From NCBI GenBank assembly GCA_945870825.1, contig CAMBTM010000004.1, forward strand, positions 2,594-66,593: 64,000 nt of DNA, written 5' to 3'. The notes under the pieces were generated by a model, which had not been told where the DNA came from, did not search any database, and was given only the letters and a program-made list of their open reading frames with translations. Positions 11,663 through 21,503 of this stretch are shown here, piece by piece; positions within the stretch are counted from its first letter, which is position 1, and each line of letters starts with the position of its first letter. The position numbers were made by a program, and so were the translations under genes. This DNA is from Rhizobium sp. Q54. GTDB taxonomy: Bacteria > Pseudomonadota > Alphaproteobacteria > UBA7879 > VGCX01.

Positions 11663-12507
11663 TGAAAATAAAAATTGTTTTCTTAGGCAACCATACGGTA
11701 GGGGTTCAAGTATTGAAAACAATGCATGAACTGGGTTGTCTATCTGGAATTATTGCACACCCAGAAGATCCAGAAGATGGGGTAAGGTATTTATCTGTAT
11801 ACGAGTATGGAAAACAGCTTAACGTGCCGGTGATAAGGGCAACACCAAAAGATCCAGTCCTGAGAGAATTTATTAATAAAATTAAGCCGGATCTTATTTG
11901 GGTTACGGACTATAAATACTTACTTCCCTCTTCAGTATTTTTATTCCCTAGGTTGGGGGCTATCAACCTCCATCCCAGTCTTTTACCTTATTACAAAGGG
12001 CGTGCTTCTTTAAATTGGGCGCTTATTTATGGAGAAAAAAAAGTTGGATTAACAGCACATTTTATTGATGAAGGTGTTGATACTGGTGATATTATTAAGC
12101 AGGTGGAGTTACCACTTCATGAAGATGATTATATCGGAGATGTTCTTGATAAAATATATCCTTTATATAGTCAAATTACGCGAGAGGTCATAGAGATGTT
12201 TAGAGAGGGCGCGGTCCTTAGGCATAAACAGCTCGAAGACGGAGGATCAATCTATCCAGCTAGAACAGAGAAAGATGGCTTGATTGATTGCACATGGTCT
12301 GCACAAAAAGTGTTGAACTTTATTAAAGCCCTTTCAAAACCCTATCCAGGTGCTTTTGTGATAGACGGAGCCAATAAAATTATTGTTTGGAGAGCCGAAT
12401 TAGTATCAATCGAATTTGAATCCTTAGGGATTCATAGAGTGGGGGATGATATATATCTTCAGTGTGGGGACGGGGCTTTAAAAATAAAAGATTGTAAGAT
12501 GGTTTGA
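11662..12507 (+). CDS. Sugar N-formyltransferase (Fmt/ArnA-N/WlaRD family)
   Basis: Formyl-transferase catalytic motif HPSLLPYYKGRASLNWALIYGEKKVGLTAHFIDEGVDTGDI. 281 aa. Sits directly after pseI, where pseH would be expected. Confidence 0.7.
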   Translation: MKIKIVFLGNHTVGVQVLKTMHELGCLSGIIAHPEDPEDGVRYLSVYEYGKQLNVPVIRATPKDPVLREFINKIKPDLIWVTDYKYLLPSSVFLFPRLGAINLHPSLLPYYKGRASLNWALIYGEKKVGLTAHFIDEGVDTGDIIKQVELPLHEDDYIGDVLDKIYPLYSQITREVIEMFREGAVLRHKQLEDGGSIYPARTEKDGLIDCTWSAQKVLNFIKALSKPYPGAFVIDGANKIIVWRAELVSIEFESLGIHRVGDDIYLQCGDGALKIKDCKMV

Positions 12508-12525
12508 TAGGTAGGGAGAATAAAA

Positions 12526-13191
12526 ATGTTTAATGCCGTTTGGAATGAAAAATATGCCGCGGGTGATTCACTCAATAAGTATCCATGGGATAAAATTGTA
12601 AGCTTCATCTTTAAGTTTCGTCCTCGAAATAAAGAAAGACATGAAACTAAAGTTTTAGAACTAGGATTTGGGAGTGGCTGTAATTTATGGTTCTGTGCAC
12701 GAGAGGGTTTTGATTGTTATGGTATTGAGGGATCAGCAATTGGTGTTAAACATGCTCAGCAATGGTTCTCTAAGGAGAATTTGCAGGCTGATTTGACGCA
12801 AGGAATGTTTTATCCATTAAATTTTTCAGAAGAATTTTTTGATTTGATTATTGATAGAGGTTCTCTAACTTGCGTTAACTCTAAGGACAGCTATTTGTCG
12901 CTGCAAGAAATTTTCAGAACTTTAAAAACCGGGGGTTATTTTTGCTTTAATCCCTATTCGACTCGTCACACATCTTCTGTAGAAGGGACTTTGCTACCCA
13001 CAGGGTTGACTAAAATAAAATCGGGCACTCTAACAGGGGTAGGAGATATTAAATTTTATGATGAAAAAACAATTAGAGAACTTGTTGAAAAAGTAGGCTT
13101 CAAAATAAAAGAAATGCGCCACATAGAAGATCATTATTTTACCCCTTCTTATGGCACTCATGCAGAATGGTTTTTGGTTTTGGAGAAATAG
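12526..13191 (+). CDS. Class I SAM-dependent methyltransferase
   Basis: Motif I VLELGFGSGCN and post-I FDLIIDRGSL. Confidence 0.55.
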   Translation: MFNAVWNEKYAAGDSLNKYPWDKIVSFIFKFRPRNKERHETKVLELGFGSGCNLWFCAREGFDCYGIEGSAIGVKHAQQWFSKENLQADLTQGMFYPLNFSEEFFDLIIDRGSLTCVNSKDSYLSLQEIFRTLKTGGYFCFNPYSTRHTSSVEGTLLPTGLTKIKSGTLTGVGDIKFYDEKTIRELVEKVGFKIKEMRHIEDHYFTPSYGTHAEWFLVLEK

Positions 13192-13195
13192 GAGA

Positions 13196-13789
13196 ATGCA
13201 TAATAAAGATTATGTTACATTAAACAAATCTGTCTATTTAGAGTGCTTATCTAAGAATGGGGATAGTCACCTATCTCTTAATTGGGGGAGCAAAGACTCT
13301 CAAGACAAGCGGTTCAAAGCATTGATCGATGTTGCTCAAAATATTTTTGTATCGAATATATTAGATGTTGGTTGCGGGCTTGGACATTTTTTAGACTTTC
13401 TTTTGACAAAAGGGTTTCATGGAAATTATACAGGGAGTGATATTTTAGAAGAAATGATTGCAATGGCTAAAATACGTCATACCAATTCAATGTTTGAAGT
13501 AAAAAATCTCTCTAGTTACTCTTCCCATTCTTATGATTATGTTTTTATGAGTGGTATTTTTACGTTAGCCGATGAAAAAATCTTTAAGGAAATGGTGAGT
13601 ATGGCATTCGATGTGTGTGCAAAAGGCCTTGCCTTTAATTCTCTCAGCACATGGGCACCACAAAAAGAAGATAATGAATTTTATGCAGATCCCCTTAAGA
13701 CGTTAGAATTTTGTTCTAAATTAACGCCAAAAGTTGTTTTAAAACATGAATATTTGCCCCATGATTTTACAATTTATATGTATAAATAA
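13196..13789 (+). CDS. Class I SAM-dependent methyltransferase
   Basis: Motif I ILDVGCGLGHF. Start placed at the internal ATG just after the upstream stop; the ORF as called from 13151 would overlap by 41 nt. Confidence 0.55.
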   Translation: MHNKDYVTLNKSVYLECLSKNGDSHLSLNWGSKDSQDKRFKALIDVAQNIFVSNILDVGCGLGHFLDFLLTKGFHGNYTGSDILEEMIAMAKIRHTNSMFEVKNLSSYSSHSYDYVFMSGIFTLADEKIFKEMVSMAFDVCAKGLAFNSLSTWAPQKEDNEFYADPLKTLEFCSKLTPKVVLKHEYLPHDFTIYMYK

Positions 13790-14476
13790 ATGATCATATC
13801 AATTAATCAGCCAGCTTATTTGCCTTGGCTAGGTTACTTCAATAGAATCGTAAAAAGTGACCTGCATATTGTTTTAGATCATGTGCAGTTTGAGAAAAAT
13901 AGTTTTATAAATAGAAATAAAATACTTTTGGATGGAAAACCTTTGTGGTTGACATTGCCCATATTAACAAAAGGTCATTTCAATGATTTGAGAATCGAAG
14001 ATTTATTGATTGATTCTAAAATAAATTGGGAAAAAAAGCATCTTTCATCAATCATGCAGGCTTACTCAAAATCTTCACATTGGATCGAATTCAAGGATGA
14101 GTTAGAAATAATCTATTCTAAAAATACAGATTCTCTCAGCAATATTTTGGATGATTCTCTAAAATTTTTTATGAAGTATTTAAAGATAGAAACACCTATT
14201 GAGTATTCTTCAAAATACGATTTTCGTGCTAGAAAAAGTGATCTTGTTTTGGAGATTTGCCAGAGATTTCAAGCGCGTTATTATCTTTCTGGTCCTCTTG
14301 GACGAAATTATTTGGAACTCACTAAATTCCAAGATTGTGGTATTGAGATTTTATTTGATGATTATGTGCATCCTATTTATCCGCAAAAATCAGAAAACTT
14401 CATCCCCTACCTATCTACTTTAGATCTTATAGCTAATTGCGGAAAAGAATCATTGAGGGTTTTAACAAATGTCTAA
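13790..14476 (+). CDS. WbqC-family protein
   Basis: Characteristic WbqC N-terminus MIISINQPAYLPWLGYFNRI. Confidence 0.7.
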   Translation: MIISINQPAYLPWLGYFNRIVKSDLHIVLDHVQFEKNSFINRNKILLDGKPLWLTLPILTKGHFNDLRIEDLLIDSKINWEKKHLSSIMQAYSKSSHWIEFKDELEIIYSKNTDSLSNILDDSLKFFMKYLKIETPIEYSSKYDFRARKSDLVLEICQRFQARYYLSGPLGRNYLELTKFQDCGIEILFDDYVHPIYPQKSENFIPYLSTLDLIANCGKESLRVLTNV

Positions 14477-15143
14477 AAATATTCTTATTATTGCGGCGCA
14501 TCCAGATGATGAGGTCTTGGGATGTGGTGCTACAATGGCACGGCATACCCATCATGGTGACAATGTGGGGGTTGTTTTTGTTTCAGACGGTGTTGGGGCA
14601 AGAAATAGTGATTTTGAAAACAATTTAAAAAAGAGGAAAGAATCTGCCCTAAAGGCTTTGAAGATTTTAGGGGCAGATTGCTTAAGTTTTCTAGATTTCC
14701 CAGACAATCGGTTGGATACGATTCCATTTTTGGACATTGTGCAGCCCTTAGAAGATATCATCAACGCGTTTAATCCATCCATAGTGTATACGCATCATTA
14801 TGGAGATCTCAATATTGATCATGCCATTGTCCATCGTGCAATTATGACGGCCTGTAGACCTCTTCCTCATACACCTATAGAGGAAATTTATTCCTATGAA
14901 GTTGTTTCGTCTACTGAATGGGGTTTGCAAGGAGCTTATTTTCAACCTAACCGTTTTGTAGATGTTAGTGATTTTTTTTCAAAGAAGATTGAGGCGATTC
15001 AAGCTTATCATGAAGAGATGCGGCTTTTTCCTCATAGCCGTTCTATAGAACATATTGACGCCCTTGCGGTTCACAGAGGCGCAACTGTTGGACTAAAAAA
15101 AGCTGAAGCTTTTTTTCTAGTACGGGCAATCCATGGTAGATAA
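14469..15143 (+). CDS. PIG-L/LmbE-family N-deacetylase
   Basis: N-terminal ILIIAAHPDDEVLGCGATMA zinc-binding motif. Confidence 0.75.
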   Translation: MSKNILIIAAHPDDEVLGCGATMARHTHHGDNVGVVFVSDGVGARNSDFENNLKKRKESALKALKILGADCLSFLDFPDNRLDTIPFLDIVQPLEDIINAFNPSIVYTHHYGDLNIDHAIVHRAIMTACRPLPHTPIEEIYSYEVVSSTEWGLQGAYFQPNRFVDVSDFFSKKIEAIQAYHEEMRLFPHSRSIEHIDALAVHRGATVGLKKAEAFFLVRAIHGR

Positions 15144-16971
15144 GTATAAAAAATTCCAAGGAGTTGCAATTGTTCAATATCCTGAGCAAGTGGGTATTTA
15201 TAAAAATTATTTTTCCCGCGAAGGGATTCCTCAAGACAGCATCTTTTGGGTGGCCACTAGTGATCCCGCATTTTTCTTTTTAGAAAAAGAAAGAATAGCT
15301 TTTTCAAAAATAACAGATTTCTATGATTATAATATTTTTTATAAAAATGTTTTTAATGAATCATATAAAAATTTAGACAAGGCACTAAGATGTATAGATA
15401 AAGAAATATTTACATATTATCCTACATTAGAAAAATATGGAATTTCTTTTGCTGAGGGGTCTCTCTATTATCTAAGGATGTGGTGTGATAGTTTTGAAAC
15501 TGATCTTTATGAAATGCAATCTCTTAAAAATATCATTTCTGACAGCTCTAAAGTATACTATGTCCCATCTTCAAAGCAGGGTTTTTTTTATGGATTATAT
15601 CCCATGCATATCAACCGATCACTGGAAGAAGTGCTCGGGCTAGTCTTTGAAAAAGATAGACTGCATGCTTTAGACTCCTTTGATCCCAAGACAAGCATTG
15701 TAAGTTTTTCAAAAGATTTTGAAGAAAAAGAGATAAATGACTTTTTTAAAAATAGAATTGATACTTTTGGTCATATAGAAAGACTTAAAAAGAGATTAGA
15801 GTCCCTGCTTCAAGATTTATGGGGAGAGAAAAAATATCTGGCCATGGGGATCGATAAAGACTGGATGTCAGATTCTGGATCTTTTGACTTTTTTGAAAAC
15901 TATATTGATGAAATTCAAAATTTGCCATCATCTATAAAAGTAGATCATGATAAATATATAAAAAATATAAGCCATTTTTTTGTTATTAGTGGAATCAATT
16001 ATTATGATTGCATGAAGCATATAATTCATAAAACACTAGAAAAATTCTTAATTTCTTCCTTTAAAACTATAGATTTCTATCATAATGATAAAAATAAAGA
16101 AAAATGGACGGCTCTTTTTTCTATCGGTTTTGTTAGTTTTGAATCTCAATCATTAGCAAAACTTTTTAAGTTTTATGGAAAAAAAGTTATTTGTACTCAT
16201 CACGGCTCTTTGGCAATTCTAGAAGACAAAATCAATCATTACCTGGAATATCCTTATATCACAGACTATATTGTTTGGGGGGAAGGTGTAAAAAACCAAT
16301 TACAAACAGAATATGATTTCAGCAATATACGCATACATACTTTGGGGTCTTTATCTCTAGCGTGTTTGAAAAATACGATAGAGAAGGTAAAAGAAAAAAA
16401 AATATCAAAGTCACAGTTTAAAAAACCCATTATTATTTTCTTGCTTCAGAGTATAAACGATAAAGTAAGGGTAACGCTTGATCATCCCCCAGGCATCATT
16501 GATTTTATCAATCAAAGAGATTTGATCACCTCTATCTTAGATACTCATCTTGATTTTGAGCTGATTATAAAAGGACACCCTTCTACAGCGGGTTATCTTC
16601 AGTCTTCCTTGAGGTTTTTATTTAAAAAGGATAGTAGAGTGCATTATACAAGCACACTCCCATTGAAAAATTTTCTAGCAGACAGTATGTATTTTATAAC
16701 AGACAGGCCTTCTACATCCTTGTTTCAAGCAATGATCGCTGGATTGAAGTGTTATTGTTTGATAAATTCAGAATTTTATACAAGCAATTTTATTGAATGT
16801 TTAAAAGAAGATGGCATCCTGTTTAAAAATAATCAAGCACTTGTAAAAGCACTGCATAATGACTTAGCCACTAAGAGGAAAGGGGAAAATCTTGAAACCT
16901 CTGTTACAATAAAAAAATATTGTACTATTTATAATGGTCCTATTGAGGAGGTGCTTAGTTTTGAAAAATAA
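15133..16971 (+). CDS. Hypothetical protein (612 aa), possible polysaccharide glycosyltransferase/polymerising enzyme
   Basis: Long soluble ORF inside the locus with no motif I can assign. Its size and context fit a Maf/KpsC/TagF-like transferase. Confidence 0.35.
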   Translation: MVDKYKKFQGVAIVQYPEQVGIYKNYFSREGIPQDSIFWVATSDPAFFFLEKERIAFSKITDFYDYNIFYKNVFNESYKNLDKALRCIDKEIFTYYPTLEKYGISFAEGSLYYLRMWCDSFETDLYEMQSLKNIISDSSKVYYVPSSKQGFFYGLYPMHINRSLEEVLGLVFEKDRLHALDSFDPKTSIVSFSKDFEEKEINDFFKNRIDTFGHIERLKKRLESLLQDLWGEKKYLAMGIDKDWMSDSGSFDFFENYIDEIQNLPSSIKVDHDKYIKNISHFFVISGINYYDCMKHIIHKTLEKFLISSFKTIDFYHNDKNKEKWTALFSIGFVSFESQSLAKLFKFYGKKVICTHHGSLAILEDKINHYLEYPYITDYIVWGEGVKNQLQTEYDFSNIRIHTLGSLSLACLKNTIEKVKEKKISKSQFKKPIIIFLLQSINDKVRVTLDHPPGIIDFINQRDLITSILDTHLDFELIIKGHPSTAGYLQSSLRFLFKKDSRVHYTSTLPLKNFLADSMYFITDRPSTSLFQAMIAGLKCYCLINSEFYTSNFIECLKEDGILFKNNQALVKALHNDLATKRKGENLETSVTIKKYCTIYNGPIEEVLSFEK

Positions 16972-17677
16972 TAAGATTTTAGCCGCATGGCAGCAACTTC
17001 CATCACCCCAAGTCACCATCGCCATGGCGAGTTTGGGGTTTGATTGGGTGGTGGTGGATCTTGAGCATACGTCAATTACAACACAAGAAGCAGAAGCTAT
17101 TTTTATGGCTGCAGAACGTTGCAATGCTAAGCCTTTTGCAAGACTTCCTTCTGCAGAGCCCTATCTTGCACGACGTCTTCTAGATGCGGGTGCTGTGGGG
17201 TTGCTTATTCCCGTTGTTGAATCAAAAGAGTCGTTTAATGATTTTGCGCGTCATTGCTTTTTTCCTCCCAAAGGACGACGGGGATTAGGGTTAGTGCGTG
17301 CCAATGGATGGGGAGATCATTTGAAAGAGTATTTCGATGACTTTAAACCTCTTCTTATCGCTCAAATTGAGACAAAATTGGCTGCTGATAATATTCATAG
17401 CATTCTTTCTTCTGAGTTTTTAGACGGCATTATGGTGGGGCCCTATGATCTTTCCGCGAGCCTTGGAAAACCAAGACAATTTGATGATCCAGACTTTAAA
17501 AAATTGTGCCAGTTCATTGTGGAGGAAGCGAGAAAGAAGAAGAAACTCGTTGGATTTCATCAGGTTGAACCAAATCTTGAGGCTTTGAAATTACGTATCC
17601 AAGAAGGATATGACTTTGTTGCCTATGGGACCGATATTGTTGCTTTAAGGCATGCGTTAACAGGAGTGAAATCATGA
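16961..17677 (+). CDS. HpcH/HpaI-family class II pyruvate aldolase
   Basis: GFDWVVVDLEHTSI and MVGPYDLSASLG motifs. Start set at the TTG preceded by GAGGAGG; the ATG at 16934 overlaps the upstream gene by 38 nt. Confidence 0.6.
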   Translation: MKNNKILAAWQQLPSPQVTIAMASLGFDWVVVDLEHTSITTQEAEAIFMAAERCNAKPFARLPSAEPYLARRLLDAGAVGLLIPVVESKESFNDFARHCFFPPKGRRGLGLVRANGWGDHLKEYFDDFKPLLIAQIETKLAADNIHSILSSEFLDGIMVGPYDLSASLGKPRQFDDPDFKKLCQFIVEEARKKKKLVGFHQVEPNLEALKLRIQEGYDFVAYGTDIVALRHALTGVKS

Positions 17678-18432
17678 AAAAAATATGTGTTATTCCAGCA
17701 AGGATGGGTTCCACACGGTTTCCAGGGAAACCCTTGGCAACAGCCCTTGGTATTCCTGTGATTGTTCATGTAGCAAAGCGATGTGCCTTGTCAGGGCATA
17801 TTGATCATAGTGTGGTTGCAACCTGTGATTTAGAAATTAAGAACGTTTGTGAAGAAAATGGAATCGCCGTTATCATGACGAGTGATCAGCACGAACGTTG
17901 CACGGATAGGGTTAGTGAGGCTATTGAAAAATGTGGATGGGAATTTAAGGATGATGACTTTGTCTTGATGGTTCAAGGGGATGAGATTTTGGTAACCCCA
18001 GCCATGTTAGATTCCGTGATCGATGAGTATGAACGCACGCGGTCGCCGGTGGTTAATCTTCTCTCCACAATATATGCAGCGCAAGATCATGAGGACCCTA
18101 ATGTTGTGAAAGTGGTTTCTGCTCCTGATCAAAGAGCTCTCTATTTCTCAAGAGCGCCTATTCCTTCAAGATATAGAGATAGTCAGGCTCCCTCTTATCA
18201 GCAGACGGGGGTTATCGGATTTTCTAGAAAATTTTTAAGAGAATTTAGTGAGTTACCACAAACACCTTTAGAAAAAATAGAATCCATTGATATGCTCAGA
18301 GTCTTAGAACATGGTCTTCCCTTGAGGGTTGTCTATACGGACAAAGAAACTGTTGCTGTTGATGTGCCTTATGATCTGGAGCGTGCTGAAAAAATCTTGG
18401 CAACAGATCCCCTTGTTAAAAACTATGCGTAA
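17674..18432 (+). CDS. KdsB-like cytidylyltransferase (3-deoxy-ulosonate/CMP-sugar synthetase family)
   Basis: MKKICVIPARMGSTRFPGKPLA...IVHV closely parallels the KdsB N-terminus. 252 aa. Confidence 0.75.
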   Translation: MKKICVIPARMGSTRFPGKPLATALGIPVIVHVAKRCALSGHIDHSVVATCDLEIKNVCEENGIAVIMTSDQHERCTDRVSEAIEKCGWEFKDDDFVLMVQGDEILVTPAMLDSVIDEYERTRSPVVNLLSTIYAAQDHEDPNVVKVVSAPDQRALYFSRAPIPSRYRDSQAPSYQQTGVIGFSRKFLREFSELPQTPLEKIESIDMLRVLEHGLPLRVVYTDKETVAVDVPYDLERAEKILATDPLVKNYA

Positions 18433-19384
18433 GAAAATTCTTATCTCGAATATAGGATTCGGCGATGCCTCTTCTCAAGCAATAGGAGTCCTTGAAAACA
18501 AGGCATTAGTGATTGAAAACAAAGATAGACGCCGATTCACGGAAGAAGATTTCATAAAAACTATCCAAGATGTGGAAATCCTTATTGCAGGGACGGAAAA
18601 GATTACAACGTCTGTTCTTGAAAATGCTCCTTGCCTAAAGCTTATTGCACGGGTGGGGGTAGGGGTGGACAATATCGATCTAGATGCTGCACGAGAAAAG
18701 AAAATAAGCATTTGCTATACCCCAGATGCGCCTTCTGAATCTGTTCCTGAATTTACCCTAGCGCTTATCTTCAATCTTTTGAAGGGTATTGGGGAGTCGG
18801 ATCGAAAAATGCATCAAGCCAAGTGGCATCGACCCATGGGGAGGATGCTTTCTTCTTGTATTGTTGGAATCGTTGGCGCTGGAAAAATAGGATCCAAGGT
18901 TGCCCAATTGATTCATTCACTATCTTCTTCAACAACAGTTTTATTTTATGATCCCTATGTTGAGGCCATCCCCTCTGCAGAAAAATGTGATTTGGAGGAT
19001 CTTTTGAAGAGGTCGGATGTGGTGTCACTGCATCTTTCTCTGAATGCTGGGACAAAAGGACTTATCAATGAAGATCTTTTGAGTAAAATGAAACAAGGAA
19101 GTTATTTGATCAATACATCGCGTGGGAGTGTGATTGATGAAGGGGCTCTTTATACGGCCCTTCAAACCAAACATTTAGCAGGAGCAGCACTCGATGTCTT
19201 TAATGTTGAGCCTTATAATGGGGCGTTGACAGAACTGGACAACTGCCTCTTAACCTCTCATATTGGTTCTATGACGCATGAGGGAAGGGCGTTGATGGAA
19301 AACCAGGTAGCTGAGGATGTGGTTCGTTATTTGGATAATCAGTCGTTACTCAGGTCTTTGAAAGGATTTGATTTTGCAAGGTAA
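18425..19384 (+). CDS. D-isomer-specific 2-hydroxyacid dehydrogenase (NAD-binding)
   Basis: GIVGAGKIGSKVAQL NAD fold and the catalytic region SRGSVIDEGAL...HIGSMTHE. Start placed at the internal ATG with an 8-nt overlap. Confidence 0.7.
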   Translation: MRKKILISNIGFGDASSQAIGVLENKALVIENKDRRRFTEEDFIKTIQDVEILIAGTEKITTSVLENAPCLKLIARVGVGVDNIDLDAAREKKISICYTPDAPSESVPEFTLALIFNLLKGIGESDRKMHQAKWHRPMGRMLSSCIVGIVGAGKIGSKVAQLIHSLSSSTTVLFYDPYVEAIPSAEKCDLEDLLKRSDVVSLHLSLNAGTKGLINEDLLSKMKQGSYLINTSRGSVIDEGALYTALQTKHLAGAALDVFNVEPYNGALTELDNCLLTSHIGSMTHEGRALMENQVAEDVVRYLDNQSLLRSLKGFDFAR

Positions 19385-19385
19385 A

Positions 19386-20276
19386 ATGAAAAAAGCGGTA
19401 GTCTTTGGTGGATCTGGGTTTGTGGGAAGTCATGTAGCGGATGCTTTAACAAACGCTGGCATAGAAACCACAATTTTTGACCTACACCCTTCTGACTTTA
19501 TTAATGATAAGCAGATTTTTATTCAAGGAAGCATTTTAGATCAAGACTTGGTCCAAAAGACCATTGAAGGTAAAGATTATGTGTATCACTTAGCTGGACA
19601 AGCTGATATTGGGATTGGATTTGAGACACCAAAGGATACATTGCATTTAAATATCCAAGGCACCATTAATATTCTTGAAGCATGTCGCAAGGCAAGCATT
19701 GAACGGTTTGTGTTTGCCTCTACAGTTTATGTTTATTCTGATGTGGGTGGTTTTTATAGAGCCAGCAAGCAAGCCTGTGAAATTATCATCGAAGAGTATC
19801 AAAAGAATTTTGGTATTGATTATACAATTCTGCGATATGGGTCTTTGTATGGTCCGCGTGCGGGGGAAAAAAACTTTATTTATCGTATTATTCAACAGGC
19901 TATTCTTGATAAAAAAATCAAGGTTGGCTATGAAAACGATGAAAAAAGGGATTTTATCCATATCTATGACGCTGCCCGTATGAGTGTTGATATTCTCAAA
20001 GAAGACTATAAAAACGTGCATGTGATGCTGACCGGGTATCAACATATTAGTCGGGGTGAGTTAATTAATATTGTTACTGAAATGCTGGGCGGTGGAATTG
20101 AGATTCAAATTACGAAACCTGAACTTGATAAGGCTCATGGGCATTATAAATTAACGCCTTATGTGTTTAAACCAAAAATTTCACGAAAACTTGTAAGCTC
20201 TGAATACTTAGAGTTTGGACAAGGGATTTTGAGCTGTATGGAAGAGATTTATGAAAAGCACGTTAAACAAGACTAG
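19386..20276 (+). CDS. NAD-dependent epimerase/dehydratase (SDR family)
   Basis: VVFGGSGFVGSHV motif and YRASKQACE (YxxxK). Confidence 0.7.
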   Translation: MKKAVVFGGSGFVGSHVADALTNAGIETTIFDLHPSDFINDKQIFIQGSILDQDLVQKTIEGKDYVYHLAGQADIGIGFETPKDTLHLNIQGTINILEACRKASIERFVFASTVYVYSDVGGFYRASKQACEIIIEEYQKNFGIDYTILRYGSLYGPRAGEKNFIYRIIQQAILDKKIKVGYENDEKRDFIHIYDAARMSVDILKEDYKNVHVMLTGYQHISRGELINIVTEMLGGGIEIQITKPELDKAHGHYKLTPYVFKPKISRKLVSSEYLEFGQGILSCMEEIYEKHVKQD

Positions 20277-20895
20277 ATCATTTTTTCTTGATTTTGATGG
20301 TGTTGTCGTTGAATCAGCTGATATTAAAACAGAAGCTTTTTATGATCTCTATCTTCCTTATGGTAAAGAAGTTGCAATCCTAGCAAAAGACTACCATCTT
20401 AATCATCAAGGTGTTAGTCGTTCTAAGAAATTTGATGCCATGCATGAACTTTTTCTGGGGAAAAAGTGTTCTGATGATGAAAAAAAGATTTTAACCAAAA
20501 AATTCTCAGAACTTGTTTTTGATAAAATTCTTCTATGCCCTTTGGTAGATGGAATTATTGGATTTCTCAAACAACAGAAAGAGAAAAATATCCCTGTTTT
20601 TTTACTCTCTGCCACTCCCCATGATGAACTCCTTAATATTTGTGAAAAGAGAGGGCTTTCTCTGTTTTTTAAGGAAATGTATGGGGCCCCTTTTGAAAAA
20701 AGTGAAAGAGGCACGTTTATCATGCAGCAGCATCACTTTGCCAAAAATGACATTATTTTTATTGGAGATAGTATCAGTGATTTTAATGCGGCTTCTGCCA
20801 TAGGGGTTAATTTTATAGGACGTGTCAAAGAGGGAGATAAAAACCCTTTTGATTCCAAAGTTAAAGTGATCAAGGATTTCAAAGCACTATTATGA
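20251..20895 (+). CDS. HAD-superfamily hydrolase/phosphatase
   Basis: Motif I FFLDFDGVVVES and motif IV FIGDSISD. Confidence 0.6.
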   Translation: MKSTLNKTRSFFLDFDGVVVESADIKTEAFYDLYLPYGKEVAILAKDYHLNHQGVSRSKKFDAMHELFLGKKCSDDEKKILTKKFSELVFDKILLCPLVDGIIGFLKQQKEKNIPVFLLSATPHDELLNICEKRGLSLFFKEMYGAPFEKSERGTFIMQQHHFAKNDIIFIGDSISDFNAASAIGVNFIGRVKEGDKNPFDSKVKVIKDFKALL

Positions 20896-21503
20896 AAGAA
20901 CACTTATTTGAATCCTTAGAAGAAGCTGGATTGTTTTTAAAAGAAAGCATTCAAAATGATCTACAGCGGCAGATAAATATATATGATCAGGCAGTTCTCA
21001 TTCTTCCGGGTGGTAATAACATTCGGTCATTCTTTCCTTATTTAATTGATCTTGATGTTGATTGGAAAAGAGTTGCCATTGGATTGAGTGATGAACGATG
21101 TGTTTCTCTTGAGGATTCGATGAGCAACGAACGACAGTTGCGGGAATGTTTTTTATCCCATCTTCCAAAATATAATTACCATCCACTGAATCAAGACTTC
21201 GTCCATAAAATTCAAGAGATTGCTCCTATTACACTCTTAAGCATGGGGATTGATGGTCATGTTGCTTCACTTTTTTCTGAGGAATCATCAGAGTGGGGCG
21301 CAATGGGTGTGAGTCTTTATAAGACGAAAAAACAAAACCCAAACCGCGTCGGGCTTTCGAAAGAGGCCTTGCTTCTATCCGATAAAATTTATATCTTAGC
21401 AAGAGGTCCGGAGCGTTTGGAAAGACTTAATGAGATAAAAGAGGCGTCATTTTATTTGGGTGATGTTTATGAGAAGGCTGTGATGATTAAGGTGTTAAAA
21501 TGA
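20892..21503 (+). CDS. 6-phosphogluconolactonase/glucosamine-6-P isomerase-family protein
   Basis: LSMGIDGHVASLF signature of the Pgl/NagB sugar-phosphate isomerase fold. Confidence 0.5.
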   Translation: MKEHLFESLEEAGLFLKESIQNDLQRQINIYDQAVLILPGGNNIRSFFPYLIDLDVDWKRVAIGLSDERCVSLEDSMSNERQLRECFLSHLPKYNYHPLNQDFVHKIQEIAPITLLSMGIDGHVASLFSEESSEWGAMGVSLYKTKKQNPNRVGLSKEALLLSDKIYILARGPERLERLNEIKEASFYLGDVYEKAVMIKVLK

